A stretch of DNA of 64,000 nucleotides from positions 27,375-91,374 of IMG/VR virus record IMGVR_UViG_3300040751_004835; one strand, 5' to 3'. The stretch comes from a virus. Under the pieces are notes generated by a model. The model was not told where the DNA came from and made no database searches. It was given only the letters and a program-made list of their open reading frames with translations. Shown one piece after another: positions 49,203 to 58,827 of the stretch (the stretch's first letter is position 1; each line of letters begins with the position of its first letter). The translations under genes and the position numbers were made by a program.

Positions 49203-50300
49203 ATGATGGGAAGGATTAAGTCTTTTAGTGAGTTTGGTAAAAAATTAAATGAAGATGCAGCAGCTTCTGCTGGCGAGTTTATCGGTCAGGCTAAAGCGGA
49301 TGCTGCAAATAGACCTACTCCCGGATCTACCACCCCTTCATCAACAAAACCATCCACCAGGGGAAGGAAAGTATTATTTGGTGGCGATGGTAAGGTCACT
49401 GGATTGGATCTATTCTTAGCTACTAAAGCAGGACAAGGACTGGAAAGCTGGTTTTTAGCAAACCAAGATATAGGAAGTGGTACACCCTCAGATTCACCGG
49501 AAACTGCGGACGAGATAATTGCCCACATTGGGAGAAATCAACATGAAAGGGATAGAGTAAACAGAAATTTAGAGATAGCTAGGGAAGAAAATCCTTCCTT
49601 TGAAGCTATTGCACCAGATGCTAATTTATTACCACCAAGTAGACCTTACACTTATAGTAATCTAGAAAACCTTACTTATGATAGGGTGAAAGATTTTTTA
49701 GTCGAGTCGGGGGAATGGAGCAAAATAGATAAGGAGAGATACACTATTGTTGCTTTGCGAAATAAGTTAAGCTTAAAGAAAAGATCCCACAATCATTTTA
49801 TAGATGCTTTAGTTTTAATGTCTCCTGAATCTGACAAAAAAGTTTGGGCATATAAAGCAACAACGGTGCCTGGTCCAATGTTTATGGTTCAGGAATTTAG
49901 AAATTGGTATCTTACCCACGGAAAGGGCGATGTCATTAATCCTAAGGGACTTGCAATTATCCAGCCTGGTGTATATAATTATAAAGTAGGAACCCATAAG
50001 GGATACCAAGCTTTTGTACAAGATGGAAATGTAAAGGTTGATAGATATAAACCAGTTAATGGACCAGAGTCTGTTGATTTTGAAACCTTCTCGCCGGGAA
50101 ATACTGAATCCGGTAAATTTGGAATTAACATTCATAGAGCTTCCGCAAGCGGGACTACCCAAAACGTTAATACATATTCCGCTGGATGTCTTGTTTTTTC
50201 AAATCCGAACGACCTTAAGGAGGTTCTTAAAAAGTTAAAAGGTGCACGCCAAAGGAAAGTTCAGTTGGCGGTAGTTCAGTTGGATGATACTGCTAGCTGA
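49203..50300 (+). CDS. YkuD/L,D-transpeptidase-like cell-wall enzyme with capsid-targeting-like N-terminus
   Basis: ATTVPG, PGVY, FGINIHRA...SAGCLVF (His...Cys); leader MMGRIKSFSEFGKKLNE; GATATATA at 49180. Confidence 0.6.
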   Translation: MMGRIKSFSEFGKKLNEDAAASAGEFIGQAKADAANRPTPGSTTPSSTKPSTRGRKVLFGGDGKVTGLDLFLATKAGQGLESWFLANQDIGSGTPSDSPETADEIIAHIGRNQHERDRVNRNLEIAREENPSFEAIAPDANLLPPSRPYTYSNLENLTYDRVKDFLVESGEWSKIDKERYTIVALRNKLSLKKRSHNHFIDALVLMSPESDKKVWAYKATTVPGPMFMVQEFRNWYLTHGKGDVINPKGLAIIQPGVYNYKVGTHKGYQAFVQDGNVKVDRYKPVNGPESVDFETFSPGNTESGKFGINIHRASASGTTQNVNTYSAGCLVFSNPNDLKEVLKKLKGARQRKVQLAVVQLDDTAS

Positions 50301-50334
50301 TCTTTTCTTTGACGTTCAGCTTTTTGCATAATTA

Positions 50335-50362
50335 GAAACAAACTTTCTCAAATCATATAGAA
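50335..50362 (+). promoter_or_regulatory. G[AG]AA-N19-TA[TG]AA element before gp52-like gene
   Basis: GAAA-19 nt-TAGAA. Confidence 0.6.
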
Positions 50363-50379
50363 CTACCGTAAATCAATTA

Positions 50380-51756
50380 TTGGTGGCGAATACTTTAACT
50401 ATAACAGATCAGATCAATCAAAAGTATAGAGACTATGCACTCTATGTTTTGCAATCTAGGGGGATTCCAAATTTCTACGATTCACTAACTCCAGTACAGA
50501 GGATAATTATTGAGAATAGTCCCAACTCTTTCAATAAAACAATTGGTCTTGTTGGAGAGGTAATTAGAACTGGGTTATATCACCATGGGGATTCTTCTCT
50601 TGCAGGTGCAATCTCGAAATTAGCCAGACCTTTTGGCTGTTCTTTTGAAATTCTAGAGGGAGATGGATTCTTTGGGTCTCCGGTTAACCCTAACCCCTCT
50701 GCCCCAAGATATACTGCGGTGAAGATTAACCGTAGCATAAAGGAAATAGTAGAAAAGCATAAGGATCTCAACGAAAAAAACGAAGAGGGCGGGTTCGACT
50801 GGCTTCATTTAGAAATTCCTATTGGATTGCTTACACACATTGTTGGTATTGCAGTTGGATATAGAAGTAATATCCTTCCTAGAAAGGTCGAGGATATCGT
50901 AGAATATCTTGAGGGTAAAAACAAGCTTCTAAAACCCTATTTCAAAGATTTTTCTGGTAAGATTTATAAGTTAGATTCTGATGATTCTTGGATCATAGAA
51001 AGTGGGTTTGAAATAAATGAAAGGAAAAAGACCCTCCGGATTTTTGACCTCCCACCAATTATGAGGTATGAATCTTTTATGAAAAAGCTTCTTGGTAAGC
51101 TTGAGGCATATGGCTATGACTACTATCTCGAAAACAATTCACAGAGCAAATGTGATATAGGAATATCCCTTAAAAAGGTAAACCCAAAAGAGTTTAAAGA
51201 AGCTGTAGAAGTCATAAAGAAACAGACTCAGATAGTTGTCAGGGAAAATGTTGTGTTTATTAAGGATGGATCAGTAGCACAGTTCGACTCTGTAAAATCT
51301 TACCTGGATTCTTTCAAGGTACATTTAGAAAATGTTAGGCTCAAAAGGCTGATGAAAGATGAAGTTGATTTGAAGCTAGACTTAGAGTTTTTAGAGGCTA
51401 AGCTAAAGTTCTTGATTTTCATGAGTCAAAAGAAGAGACAAAATAAGGAGATTGTAGAATTTCTTAGTAAGTTTGCTAAGTGGATATCATCCAGGCTTTC
51501 CCAAATTCAAATAGTGAAGCTTTCCTCAGATCATATCAAAGAAACTGAGGGAATGATCAAGGACATAAAGAAACGAATCCAGGAAACTAAGAAGGCTATC
51601 ACAAAGCAACAGCAGGTGGTTAAAAAGGTAACTGCTGCATTGAAGAAAACCAAATCAGCTTCATTAATTCCAAAATCCGTTGTACCTAAATCACTTTCAT
51701 TAGACCCAGAGATAGAAGTATTTGATCTGGAAGAGGAAGACGAGGAAGATATATAA
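50380..51756 (+). CDS. Type II topoisomerase breakage-reunion subunit (T4 gp52-like)
   Basis: RGIPNFYDSLTPVQR, YHHGDSS, GDGFFG, catalytic APRYT. Confidence 0.9.
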   Translation: MVANTLTITDQINQKYRDYALYVLQSRGIPNFYDSLTPVQRIIIENSPNSFNKTIGLVGEVIRTGLYHHGDSSLAGAISKLARPFGCSFEILEGDGFFGSPVNPNPSAPRYTAVKINRSIKEIVEKHKDLNEKNEEGGFDWLHLEIPIGLLTHIVGIAVGYRSNILPRKVEDIVEYLEGKNKLLKPYFKDFSGKIYKLDSDDSWIIESGFEINERKKTLRIFDLPPIMRYESFMKKLLGKLEAYGYDYYLENNSQSKCDIGISLKKVNPKEFKEAVEVIKKQTQIVVRENVVFIKDGSVAQFDSVKSYLDSFKVHLENVRLKRLMKDEVDLKLDLEFLEAKLKFLIFMSQKKRQNKEIVEFLSKFAKWISSRLSQIQIVKLSSDHIKETEGMIKDIKKRIQETKKAITKQQQVVKKVTAALKKTKSASLIPKSVVPKSLSLDPEIEVFDLEEEDEEDI

Positions 51757-51772
51757 TCTAAAAATCTTCCCT

Positions 51773-52774
51773 ATGGAAAATATACACAGCTTTTCTAAAA
51801 GGTATTTTCTTTCATTGGATGAGTCTCTAAACATTAACTGGTCCGGATCTGGGCTTCCGTTAGAACAGGAGATCGAAATCAACGGCGAGTCTATTAAGCC
51901 CTATGTAATAGCAATGGGCATAGTTGATTCTTGGTTAGAAAATATCAAGGAAGTTACTGCAGGGAACATCGAAAAAAGCTCGGATAGGGCGATCTTTAAT
52001 GCTGCTTTTAACAGAATTTCGAAAAAGATATTTCCTACTCTCATAAGCTACCTATTACCTAGCATTGAATTTGAAGGGAAGGAAGTTATTAAAACCAAGA
52101 AAGCTTCACCAGCTTCATTTTGGAAAGAAGCCTGGCCTCAAGTTTGGAACGAGTTTAGCAAAATTGAAAGGGGGTTAATTTCTAAGTTCACCACCCTCAA
52201 CAAAGACACTTCATACGATGAGATCATGAAAAGTCTTGGTAGTACGCTTTCGGATTCTAGCCCATATAAAGGTTACAAGCCTTTAATTGGACAACAGGTA
52301 AAGCTTTTCTATGACATGATGGGAAATGGATTTTCTCAGATGTTCAATAATGAGAAGGTTTCGCTTAACAACGATTTAATCCTTGCCTTAGGTAATGACT
52401 TAAATAGTAATATTAATGGATCTAAGATTGATTTTGGAATAGGCAAAAAAGAAGATGTCAAAGGCAATTTGGAAAAACTTCCTTCAAAAGATATTTCTAA
52501 AGTTGCTCAAAAGGGGATTGATAGTGTTGTTCAAACGTTATCCAAATTTACCGAGAAGGCTTTTGATCCTCAAAAATCTAAAGATAACGCCGATACTGCA
52601 AGTAAAGATTCCGGGGAAGCTAAAGATAAAGGTGATAATGCTAAAGCATCAACAGGTGGTTCTGCTGATCAACCAGCATACCCAACAGACGTGCAAAGTA
52701 TCAGGAAATGGGCAAAAACTCTAAATCCTGTAGACAAAAGGGTAATTATTGATACGCTAAGATCAACCCTTTAA
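51773..52774 (+). CDS. Hypothetical protein with capsid-targeting-like N-terminus
   Basis: MENIHSFSKRYFLSLDE; GATATATA at 51748 supports this start. Confidence 0.6.
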   Translation: MENIHSFSKRYFLSLDESLNINWSGSGLPLEQEIEINGESIKPYVIAMGIVDSWLENIKEVTAGNIEKSSDRAIFNAAFNRISKKIFPTLISYLLPSIEFEGKEVIKTKKASPASFWKEAWPQVWNEFSKIERGLISKFTTLNKDTSYDEIMKSLGSTLSDSSPYKGYKPLIGQQVKLFYDMMGNGFSQMFNNEKVSLNNDLILALGNDLNSNINGSKIDFGIGKKEDVKGNLEKLPSKDISKVAQKGIDSVVQTLSKFTEKAFDPQKSKDNADTASKDSGEAKDKGDNAKASTGGSADQPAYPTDVQSIRKWAKTLNPVDKRVIIDTLRSTL

Positions 52775-52795
52775 TTTCTAACTCCTTAAAAAATT

Positions 52796-52826
52796 AAATC
52801 CTAGCAAAAACGCTAGGATTTTTTTT
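52796..52826 (+). terminator. Rho-independent terminator
   Basis: AAATCCTAGC-AAAAAC-GCTAGGATTT plus T run. Confidence 0.8.
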
Positions 52827-52835
52827 GTGTTAGAC

Positions 52836-52863
52836 GAAAACAAATCGTTTTACCTCTATAGAA
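52836..52863 (+). promoter_or_regulatory. G[AG]AA-N19-TA[TG]AA element before clamp/polymerase C-half
   Basis: GAAA-19 nt-TAGAA right after a terminator. Confidence 0.6.
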
Positions 52864-52885
52864 GAATAAAGTTAAAACGTAAGAA

Positions 52886-53647
52886 ATGAAGATTAGGGTA
52901 ACAAGCACAAACAATCTAATAGCTTTCCTTAAAAAGCTAAAGGTTGTTGATAAGAGTGTTCTTCTTGAACTCAATGACGAAAGGCTGTTCTGTAAGGTAC
53001 ACACGCCGGATAAGTCTGTTATGAAATATTCTTCCGTAGATATAAGTCAAGTTTTCGAGGAGGTTCCTGGATTTGACGATCTCGGTTGTGATCGTATAAA
53101 AATTGGTCTAATTGATGTGACCAGACTGATGGATTGTTTTAAACACTTCCGACCAGAGGAGGACATTCACCTAGATCTGAATATCAATGATGTTGATGGT
53201 GAATGTGTTGCTTCCGAAATGCAGGTGGTTTCACCTTCGCTGAAGATCAAAATACGTTGTGCAGACCTTTCCCTATTATCTTATGTGGAGGATACCATCC
53301 TTAAAATGGTTCATTCACAGGAAGATGCTCTTTCAAACTTTAAGATCTATAATTCTGACTTCTCTTCTGTCATGTCTCTATGTGGTCTAGAATCAAACTC
53401 TGAGGAGCTTTTGGTGTATCGGGTAAACAAAGAACAGGTAAAGATTAGCGGTGATTCATTTGATTACAAATTAAATATCGGACCATCTGAAATCGTGGTT
53501 CAAGATCCACTTGAATCTTCAATTTACAAGTCTCATCTTAATTACGTTGATGCTGAGTCCTCTTCTTGCTACGTTCATGAGAATAGAATCATCTTCTTCT
53601 CAGAGCAAACAGATACTTCGACTGCAGTAGGAATCATAGAAAAATAA
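52886..53647 (+). CDS. Probable DNA polymerase sliding clamp (gp45/PCNA-like)
   Basis: 253 aa acidic, clamp-like helix/strand pattern (FLKKLKVVDKSVLLE...); directly upstream of the polymerase C-half. Confidence 0.55.
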   Translation: MKIRVTSTNNLIAFLKKLKVVDKSVLLELNDERLFCKVHTPDKSVMKYSSVDISQVFEEVPGFDDLGCDRIKIGLIDVTRLMDCFKHFRPEEDIHLDLNINDVDGECVASEMQVVSPSLKIKIRCADLSLLSYVEDTILKMVHSQEDALSNFKIYNSDFSSVMSLCGLESNSEELLVYRVNKEQVKISGDSFDYKLNIGPSEIVVQDPLESSIYKSHLNYVDAESSSCYVHENRIIFFSEQTDTSTAVGIIEK

Positions 53648-53651
53648 AAGA

Positions 53652-54797
53652 ATGTCTGAAGTACAAGACCTTAAGGAAAAAATTGAAAGGCTCACTGCTT
53701 TAAAGAACGAGCTTAAAAACGAAGAACAAGCCATTAAGCTAACCATGAACTCTATCTATGGAGCGATTGGTAATAGCTGGTTTGTTTGCTTCAATCCTGA
53801 GGTTGCTGAGGCTGTGACTTTGCAAGGACAAGATTTGATCAAACACTCTGAAAAAATCCTCCACAAGTACTTCCACGAATTTTGGCACAAGGATAAAGAG
53901 CTACACGATAAGCTTGGACTTACTAATGTCAAAAAAATACACCGCCCGATGGTAGTGTATGGGGATACTGACTCCAATTATGTCACCTTCCAGGAAGTCG
54001 TTGCTTCTTGTGAAGGATGGGAAGGAAGTGATAAAGATTTAATCCTGGCAATCAACGAGAATCGTTTGGTTGGCTACCTCAAAAAGTGTTTTGACATCTA
54101 TGCTGAAAAATGGGGCACAGATAACTACCAAGACTTTGAGATGGAGACTCTTTCTATCAACGGGATTTTCCTTGGTAAGAAAAAGTACGTTACAAACATT
54201 GTCTACTCAGATGGTGTGCATTCGGAACCACTTAGCTCTATCAAAACAACGGGGGTTGAAATGGTAAAGGGTGGTACTCCATCATTTGTAAGGGAAAAAC
54301 TCATTTATCTGACCAAGTTTATTTTTAGAAAAGGTGGTGGTTTTGAGCTACGAGAATTTGTACAGGAACTGAAGGCTATTAAGAAAGACTTTAAAGCACA
54401 GGAGCCGGAAAACATCTCGGTTGCTGTAAATGTCAATAATTACCAAAAGTTTGTTTTAAACGACACAACTTCACTGGAGGTTGCTAAGGGGTGTCCGATT
54501 CATGTTAGAGCATCTGCTTATCACAACTTTCTACTTAATGCAACCAAGTATAAAGACAAGTATCCACTTATCGGTGGCGGTGAAAAGGTAAGATTCTATT
54601 TTGTTAAAGTTAAGAATCCAGGAGACAATAACGTTTTTGCTTATTCCCAGGGTACTCATCCTTACGAATTTGCACCACCAATAGATTTCGATCAGCAGTT
54701 TACCAAAACAATTTTGGATCCAATCAATCGGTTCATAGAGGTGATGGGGCACAATAAAATATCCCCTAACCTCTTTATGATTAACACATTATTCTAA
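53652..54797 (+). CDS. Family B DNA polymerase, C-terminal half (motifs B, C, thumb)
   Basis: KLTMNSIYG, YGDTDS, KKKY, TGVE, PIHVRAS, GEKV. Confidence 0.9.
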   Translation: MSEVQDLKEKIERLTALKNELKNEEQAIKLTMNSIYGAIGNSWFVCFNPEVAEAVTLQGQDLIKHSEKILHKYFHEFWHKDKELHDKLGLTNVKKIHRPMVVYGDTDSNYVTFQEVVASCEGWEGSDKDLILAINENRLVGYLKKCFDIYAEKWGTDNYQDFEMETLSINGIFLGKKKYVTNIVYSDGVHSEPLSSIKTTGVEMVKGGTPSFVREKLIYLTKFIFRKGGGFELREFVQELKAIKKDFKAQEPENISVAVNVNNYQKFVLNDTTSLEVAKGCPIHVRASAYHNFLLNATKYKDKYPLIGGGEKVRFYFVKVKNPGDNNVFAYSQGTHPYEFAPPIDFDQQFTKTILDPINRFIEVMGHNKISPNLFMINTLF

Positions 54798-55001
54798 ATG
54801 GGATTTAATAAAAAATTTTTACCGGACCTCTCCTCTCTAAAAGCAATTAGAGAAAGATATGAGGATGATCAAATGTTCCTACGCATTTATTTACATTCTC
54901 CAGATGCGCTTATAGGTTCATCTGAATCAATCGACTACCTTAAATCAATAGACCAAAAATACCATGAAAATGAAGAAGAAAGCAATTCACGCAGAATATA
55001 G
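54798..55001 (+). CDS. Hypothetical protein
   Basis: 67 aa, MGFNKKFLP...DALIG. Confidence 0.5.
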   Translation: MGFNKKFLPDLSSLKAIRERYEDDQMFLRIYLHSPDALIGSSESIDYLKSIDQKYHENEEESNSRRI

Positions 55002-55353
55002 AAAAACCTCAGAGTCGTTCCCTGATTGGCTTAAATATGAGGTAACCATATTATCAGAGGATGGAAAAATAAGTAAGGTACCTGCCTATGGGAAGGATTT
55101 ACAAGATGCCCTGTCTAGAGTGGTCCACGACGAAAAAGTTGAAAAGGTTAGCAAAACCACAAAGAGAATACCTGATTTAGTTTGGGTTTTAATGTGGTTT
55201 GGGTATATGCTTGGATTAGTCCAATTAACTTATTCTTATTCCGGTTATAACGAGTTTAATGGATTATTCTTTATGGGTGGGATGATTATTCTAACCACCG
55301 CTATCTTGAGCATCAAGAATTGGCTGAGACTCAGAAATATCGATAAGGGATGA
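54964..55353 (+). CDS. Hypothetical membrane protein
   Basis: PAYGKDLQDALSR followed by two hydrophobic helices. Confidence 0.55.
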   Translation: MKMKKKAIHAEYRKTSESFPDWLKYEVTILSEDGKISKVPAYGKDLQDALSRVVHDEKVEKVSKTTKRIPDLVWVLMWFGYMLGLVQLTYSYSGYNEFNGLFFMGGMIILTTAILSIKNWLRLRNIDKG

Positions 55354-55631
55354 TAGATCCGTTTACTGAGCATCTCTTTGATGAGGGGTTTGAGGAATAT
55401 CGGGACTTCATGTATAGCAATTATGACATGATAATGAAGCACCGAACTTTCTTCATATCCGATAAGTACTTCTCAACTTCATTTAAGTGTGAAAGGGTAA
55501 AAGAACTGCTGGATTTTTTTGAACTTGAGGAAGACTTTGAAAAATGTGAAAAACTTAAGAAATTACATTCGGCGGTAGAGGTTGACCACCTTTTTACAGA
55601 GGTCTCACAAAAACAAAGTGTTAAAGAGTAG
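55350..55631 (+). CDS. Hypothetical protein with UVR-like motif
   Basis: LLDFFELEEDFEKCEKLKKL. Confidence 0.5.
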   Translation: MIDPFTEHLFDEGFEEYRDFMYSNYDMIMKHRTFFISDKYFSTSFKCERVKELLDFFELEEDFEKCEKLKKLHSAVEVDHLFTEVSQKQSVKE

Positions 55632-56752
55632 TGGCAAAACCTTATGATTATATTATTGTTGGATCAGGTCTCTTCGGTAGTGTATTTGCACAACAAGCAA
55701 CTGAGGCAGGCAAGAAATGCCTTATCCTCGAAAGGAGAGACCACAATGGTGGAAATTGCTACACAGAGAATGTTGAGGGAATAGAGGTCCACAAATACGG
55801 CCCACACATTTTTCATACCTCGGACAAGGGTATTTGGGAATACGTAAACAGATTTGCAGAGTTCAACAATTACGTAAACAAACCCAAGGTAAGGCATGGG
55901 AATAGAATGTATTCATTCCCAATAAACCTAATGACACTTCACCAGCTATTTGGTGTATCAACGCCGGAGGAAGCCAGAAAAAAACTTGATGAGGTAAAGG
56001 TAAAAATTAAGAACCCGTCCAATCTAGAAGAATGGGTTTTAAATGAGGTTGGTGAGGAAATTTATGAAAAGTTCATAAAAGGATATACAACAAAGCAATG
56101 GGGCAGGGATCCTAAGGAACTTCCATCATTTATAATCAGGAGACTTCCGATCAGATTAACTTACGACGAGAATTATTTCTTTGATCGATATCAGGGAATT
56201 CCTATAGGTGGATATACCAAGATGATAGAGAACATTCAAGGAGATGTTGAAGTAAGGTTTAGTGTGGATTTCCTACAGGAAAGAGAATACTGGGAATCCC
56301 AGGCACATAAGATAGTTTTCACCGGCCCCATAGATGAATTTTTTGGATTCTCCGAGGGAGTGCTAGAATACAGAAGTCTAGACTTTGAAACATCGGTGTT
56401 GGATATAGAGGATTATCAGGGCAATGCAATTGTGAACTATACGGAGGCTGAAATACCTTGGACTAGAATATGTGAGCACAAGCACTTTGATTGGACTAAG
56501 ACAGATAAAACTGTTATTACTAAGGAATATCCAGCAGAGTGGGAGGTTGGTAAGGAAAGATTCTATCCGGTCTCTGACGACAAAAACAAGGAGGTGTATG
56601 GTAGGTATAAAAAACTTGCTGACCAAATTTCAGACAGATATATTTTTGGAGGACGTCTAGCAGAGTATAAGTATTATGATATGCACCATGTTATAGGTAG
56701 TGCATTAGCGAGGTCCAAGAGGGAAATAAGAAACATCTCTGAGGATATATAG
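55631..56752 (+). CDS. glf: UDP-galactopyranose mutase
   Basis: IVGSGLFG, GGNCY, HKYGPHIFHT, GYTTKQWG, YQGIP, YRSL, TRI.EHKHF, GRLAEYKYYDM. Confidence 0.95.
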   Translation: MAKPYDYIIVGSGLFGSVFAQQATEAGKKCLILERRDHNGGNCYTENVEGIEVHKYGPHIFHTSDKGIWEYVNRFAEFNNYVNKPKVRHGNRMYSFPINLMTLHQLFGVSTPEEARKKLDEVKVKIKNPSNLEEWVLNEVGEEIYEKFIKGYTTKQWGRDPKELPSFIIRRLPIRLTYDENYFFDRYQGIPIGGYTKMIENIQGDVEVRFSVDFLQEREYWESQAHKIVFTGPIDEFFGFSEGVLEYRSLDFETSVLDIEDYQGNAIVNYTEAEIPWTRICEHKHFDWTKTDKTVITKEYPAEWEVGKERFYPVSDDKNKEVYGRYKKLADQISDRYIFGGRLAEYKYYDMHHVIGSALARSKREIRNISEDI

Positions 56753-56770
56753 GATAAATTATTTGTCTTA

Positions 56771-58261
56771 ATGAAGAAGGTAACCCCTGCTCTTAATTTC
56801 GAATCTTTTCTTAACGAAGCTAAGGATAACGGGATGGTTGACATCCTTATTTTAAGCGGGGAGTCTAAGCCCAGCAAAACTGCAAAATCTTTTCTTGAAG
56901 AATGTGGAAAAATGGACATACCGTGTAACGTGGTAAATGTCAACAATGTGGTGTTGGAAAAAATATACAACGGACACATTGTTAAATTTTCTGATGGTGA
57001 CGAGACTAAAGAGATCTTAATTAAACCTGAGACTACTGCTATAATTCCTAGAAGAGGTGTAATTACAAACTCCTATACTAAGCAGATAATGAGAGATCTA
57101 GAAGCTGCTAGATACTTTTGTGTCAACACATTAGAATCCATTGAAATCTGTGAAAGTAAATACCTTACCTCAAAAGTTCTGGAGGAAGAAGGACTGCCAA
57201 TCCCAAGATATTCTTTGGTTAATGGAATAGATGGACTTGATAGAGCATTGGAAGAAGTTGGTGGTGAATTCCCGGTTGTCATGAAACTTCTTTCTGGAGC
57301 ACAAGGAATCGGAGTTTCCATTGTTGATTCATATGCTTCTCTTAAATCAGTTTATCAAACTATTGAGAAGCTTGATCCGGATGGAGAAATTCTGTTACAA
57401 GAAAAAATTGATTCGAACTTTGATGTTAGAGTCCAAGTGATTGTAAAGAAGTTTGATCCACTAAATCCTGGTGCTGAGAATTGCGAAGTATTAGGGGCAA
57501 TGAAAAGAGAAGCGGTTGAGAAGGACTTTAGAACTAATTATACTTTAGGCGGAGAAGTTTCTGCTTATGAAATAACTGAGGAGATTGAAAGAATAGCTTG
57601 TGAAGCTGCAAATGCTGTTTCGTGCCACTGGTGTGGAGTTGATATAATGATAGATTCTAAAACCAACAAGCCTTATATCTTGGAGGTAAACTCATCACCA
57701 GGAACGGATGGAATTTCACAAGCAATAGGAAAACCCATTGTGGATGATGTGATTAACTATGTCGTTAAAAAAGATAATTGGTCCCAATCTAAGCTTGAAG
57801 TTGGGTATTTAGAAACTATTGAGATTCCTCAAATTGGTAAAATGGTAGCTAAGTTTGATACCGGAAATGGATCTACTGCTTCCTCAATACATGCTGATGA
57901 AATATCTGAAGATGGTGATACACTTACCTGGAAGATAGGAGACAATGAAATGAGTGGTAAGATTATCGGACGGACAAAAACCGAAATTGGTAGAGGTACG
58001 GAAGAAAGACCTATTGTAAAAATGGATATTCTTTTCAATGGAGTTAAGATTCCAGGAGTTAAGGTTGCTCCAACCGACAGGATTTCAAAAAGTACCCCAT
58101 TCTTAGCAAACAGACCGCTGATGAAAAAGCTGGGGGTAATGGTCAATCCACACAAAGCATTTGTAGTCTCTGATCGTATTGATGACTATTCACCTATGCA
58201 AGCTAAAGGTGATCCTTATGGAGGAATTGAATTTATGGAAATTTCTGACCAGGAGGATTAA
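56771..58261 (+). CDS. rimK: RimK-family ATP-grasp ligase fused to RimB-like aspartic protease; capsid-targeting-like N-terminus
   Basis: FPVVMK...GAQGIGV, LLQEKI, DFRTN, GVDI, LEVNSSPG; C-domain AKFDTGN...ERPIV...FLANR; leader ALNFESFLNE. Confidence 0.85.
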   Translation: MKKVTPALNFESFLNEAKDNGMVDILILSGESKPSKTAKSFLEECGKMDIPCNVVNVNNVVLEKIYNGHIVKFSDGDETKEILIKPETTAIIPRRGVITNSYTKQIMRDLEAARYFCVNTLESIEICESKYLTSKVLEEEGLPIPRYSLVNGIDGLDRALEEVGGEFPVVMKLLSGAQGIGVSIVDSYASLKSVYQTIEKLDPDGEILLQEKIDSNFDVRVQVIVKKFDPLNPGAENCEVLGAMKREAVEKDFRTNYTLGGEVSAYEITEEIERIACEAANAVSCHWCGVDIMIDSKTNKPYILEVNSSPGTDGISQAIGKPIVDDVINYVVKKDNWSQSKLEVGYLETIEIPQIGKMVAKFDTGNGSTASSIHADEISEDGDTLTWKIGDNEMSGKIIGRTKTEIGRGTEERPIVKMDILFNGVKIPGVKVAPTDRISKSTPFLANRPLMKKLGVMVNPHKAFVVSDRIDDYSPMQAKGDPYGGIEFMEISDQED

Positions 58262-58289
58262 ATATATAAAGTAGAAATAAATTCCAATT

Positions 58290-58469
58290 ATGGCAAAAGG
58301 AGAAGATAAAACAGAAAAAATCCAGGTCCTGTTATCAACAGAAGACCTGGAAGAACTAAGTAAAAAGATTTCTAAGAAGGCTTTGACCTCTGGGGAACCC
58401 CCAGTTTCAATTTCTCATTATGTAAGGGGTCTAATCAGAAGAGATCTTGGAAGATCTGAGAGAGATTAA
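58290..58469 (+). CDS. Ribbon-helix-helix-like DNA-binding protein (absent from ORF track)
   Basis: Hand translation MAKGEDKTEKIQVLLSTEDLEELSKKISKKALTSGEPPVSISHYVRGLIRRDLGRSERD; AATATATA at 58261. Confidence 0.65.
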   Translation: MAKGEDKTEKIQVLLSTEDLEELSKKISKKALTSGEPPVSISHYVRGLIRRDLGRSERD

Positions 58470-58804
58470 TCTCTGTTATTAAGAAAATCTTCAAACCTCA
58501 TTACTCTACCGGGTGATGAGGTTTCTTGTGATTGCTGAACTGGCTCTACTGGAGCAGGTTCCGATGGGATCTCCGCTGTAGTAGGTTCTTGTAGAGAATC
58601 TGTTTGGTCGACTGGGTCGGTTTGATCCATTTGCTGTGGTTCTGTAGTTTCCGTAGGATCAACAGACATTTCTGGGGTTTCCTCCTCAGCGTCGGTTTGT
58701 TCAAAATCAGTCACCTCGGGGGTAAGTTCTTCTTGTTCTGTAGGCTGTTCGTTAGTAAAATCAACCTGATCTTCGATTTGTGTATCTCTTTCTTCTGTAG
58801 ACAT
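58466..58804 (-). CDS. Acidic disordered protein with C-terminal targeting-like motif
   Basis: E/Q/T/P/D-rich, ends RVMRFEDFLNNRD; minus-strand GATATATA at 58838-58831. Confidence 0.65.
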   Translation of the reverse strand: MSTEERDTQIEDQVDFTNEQPTEQEELTPEVTDFEQTDAEEETPEMSVDPTETTEPQQMDQTDPVDQTDSLQEPTTAEIPSEPAPVEPVQQSQETSSPGRVMRFEDFLNNRD

Positions 58805-58827
58805 TTCGATTATCTATTAGTGTTATT

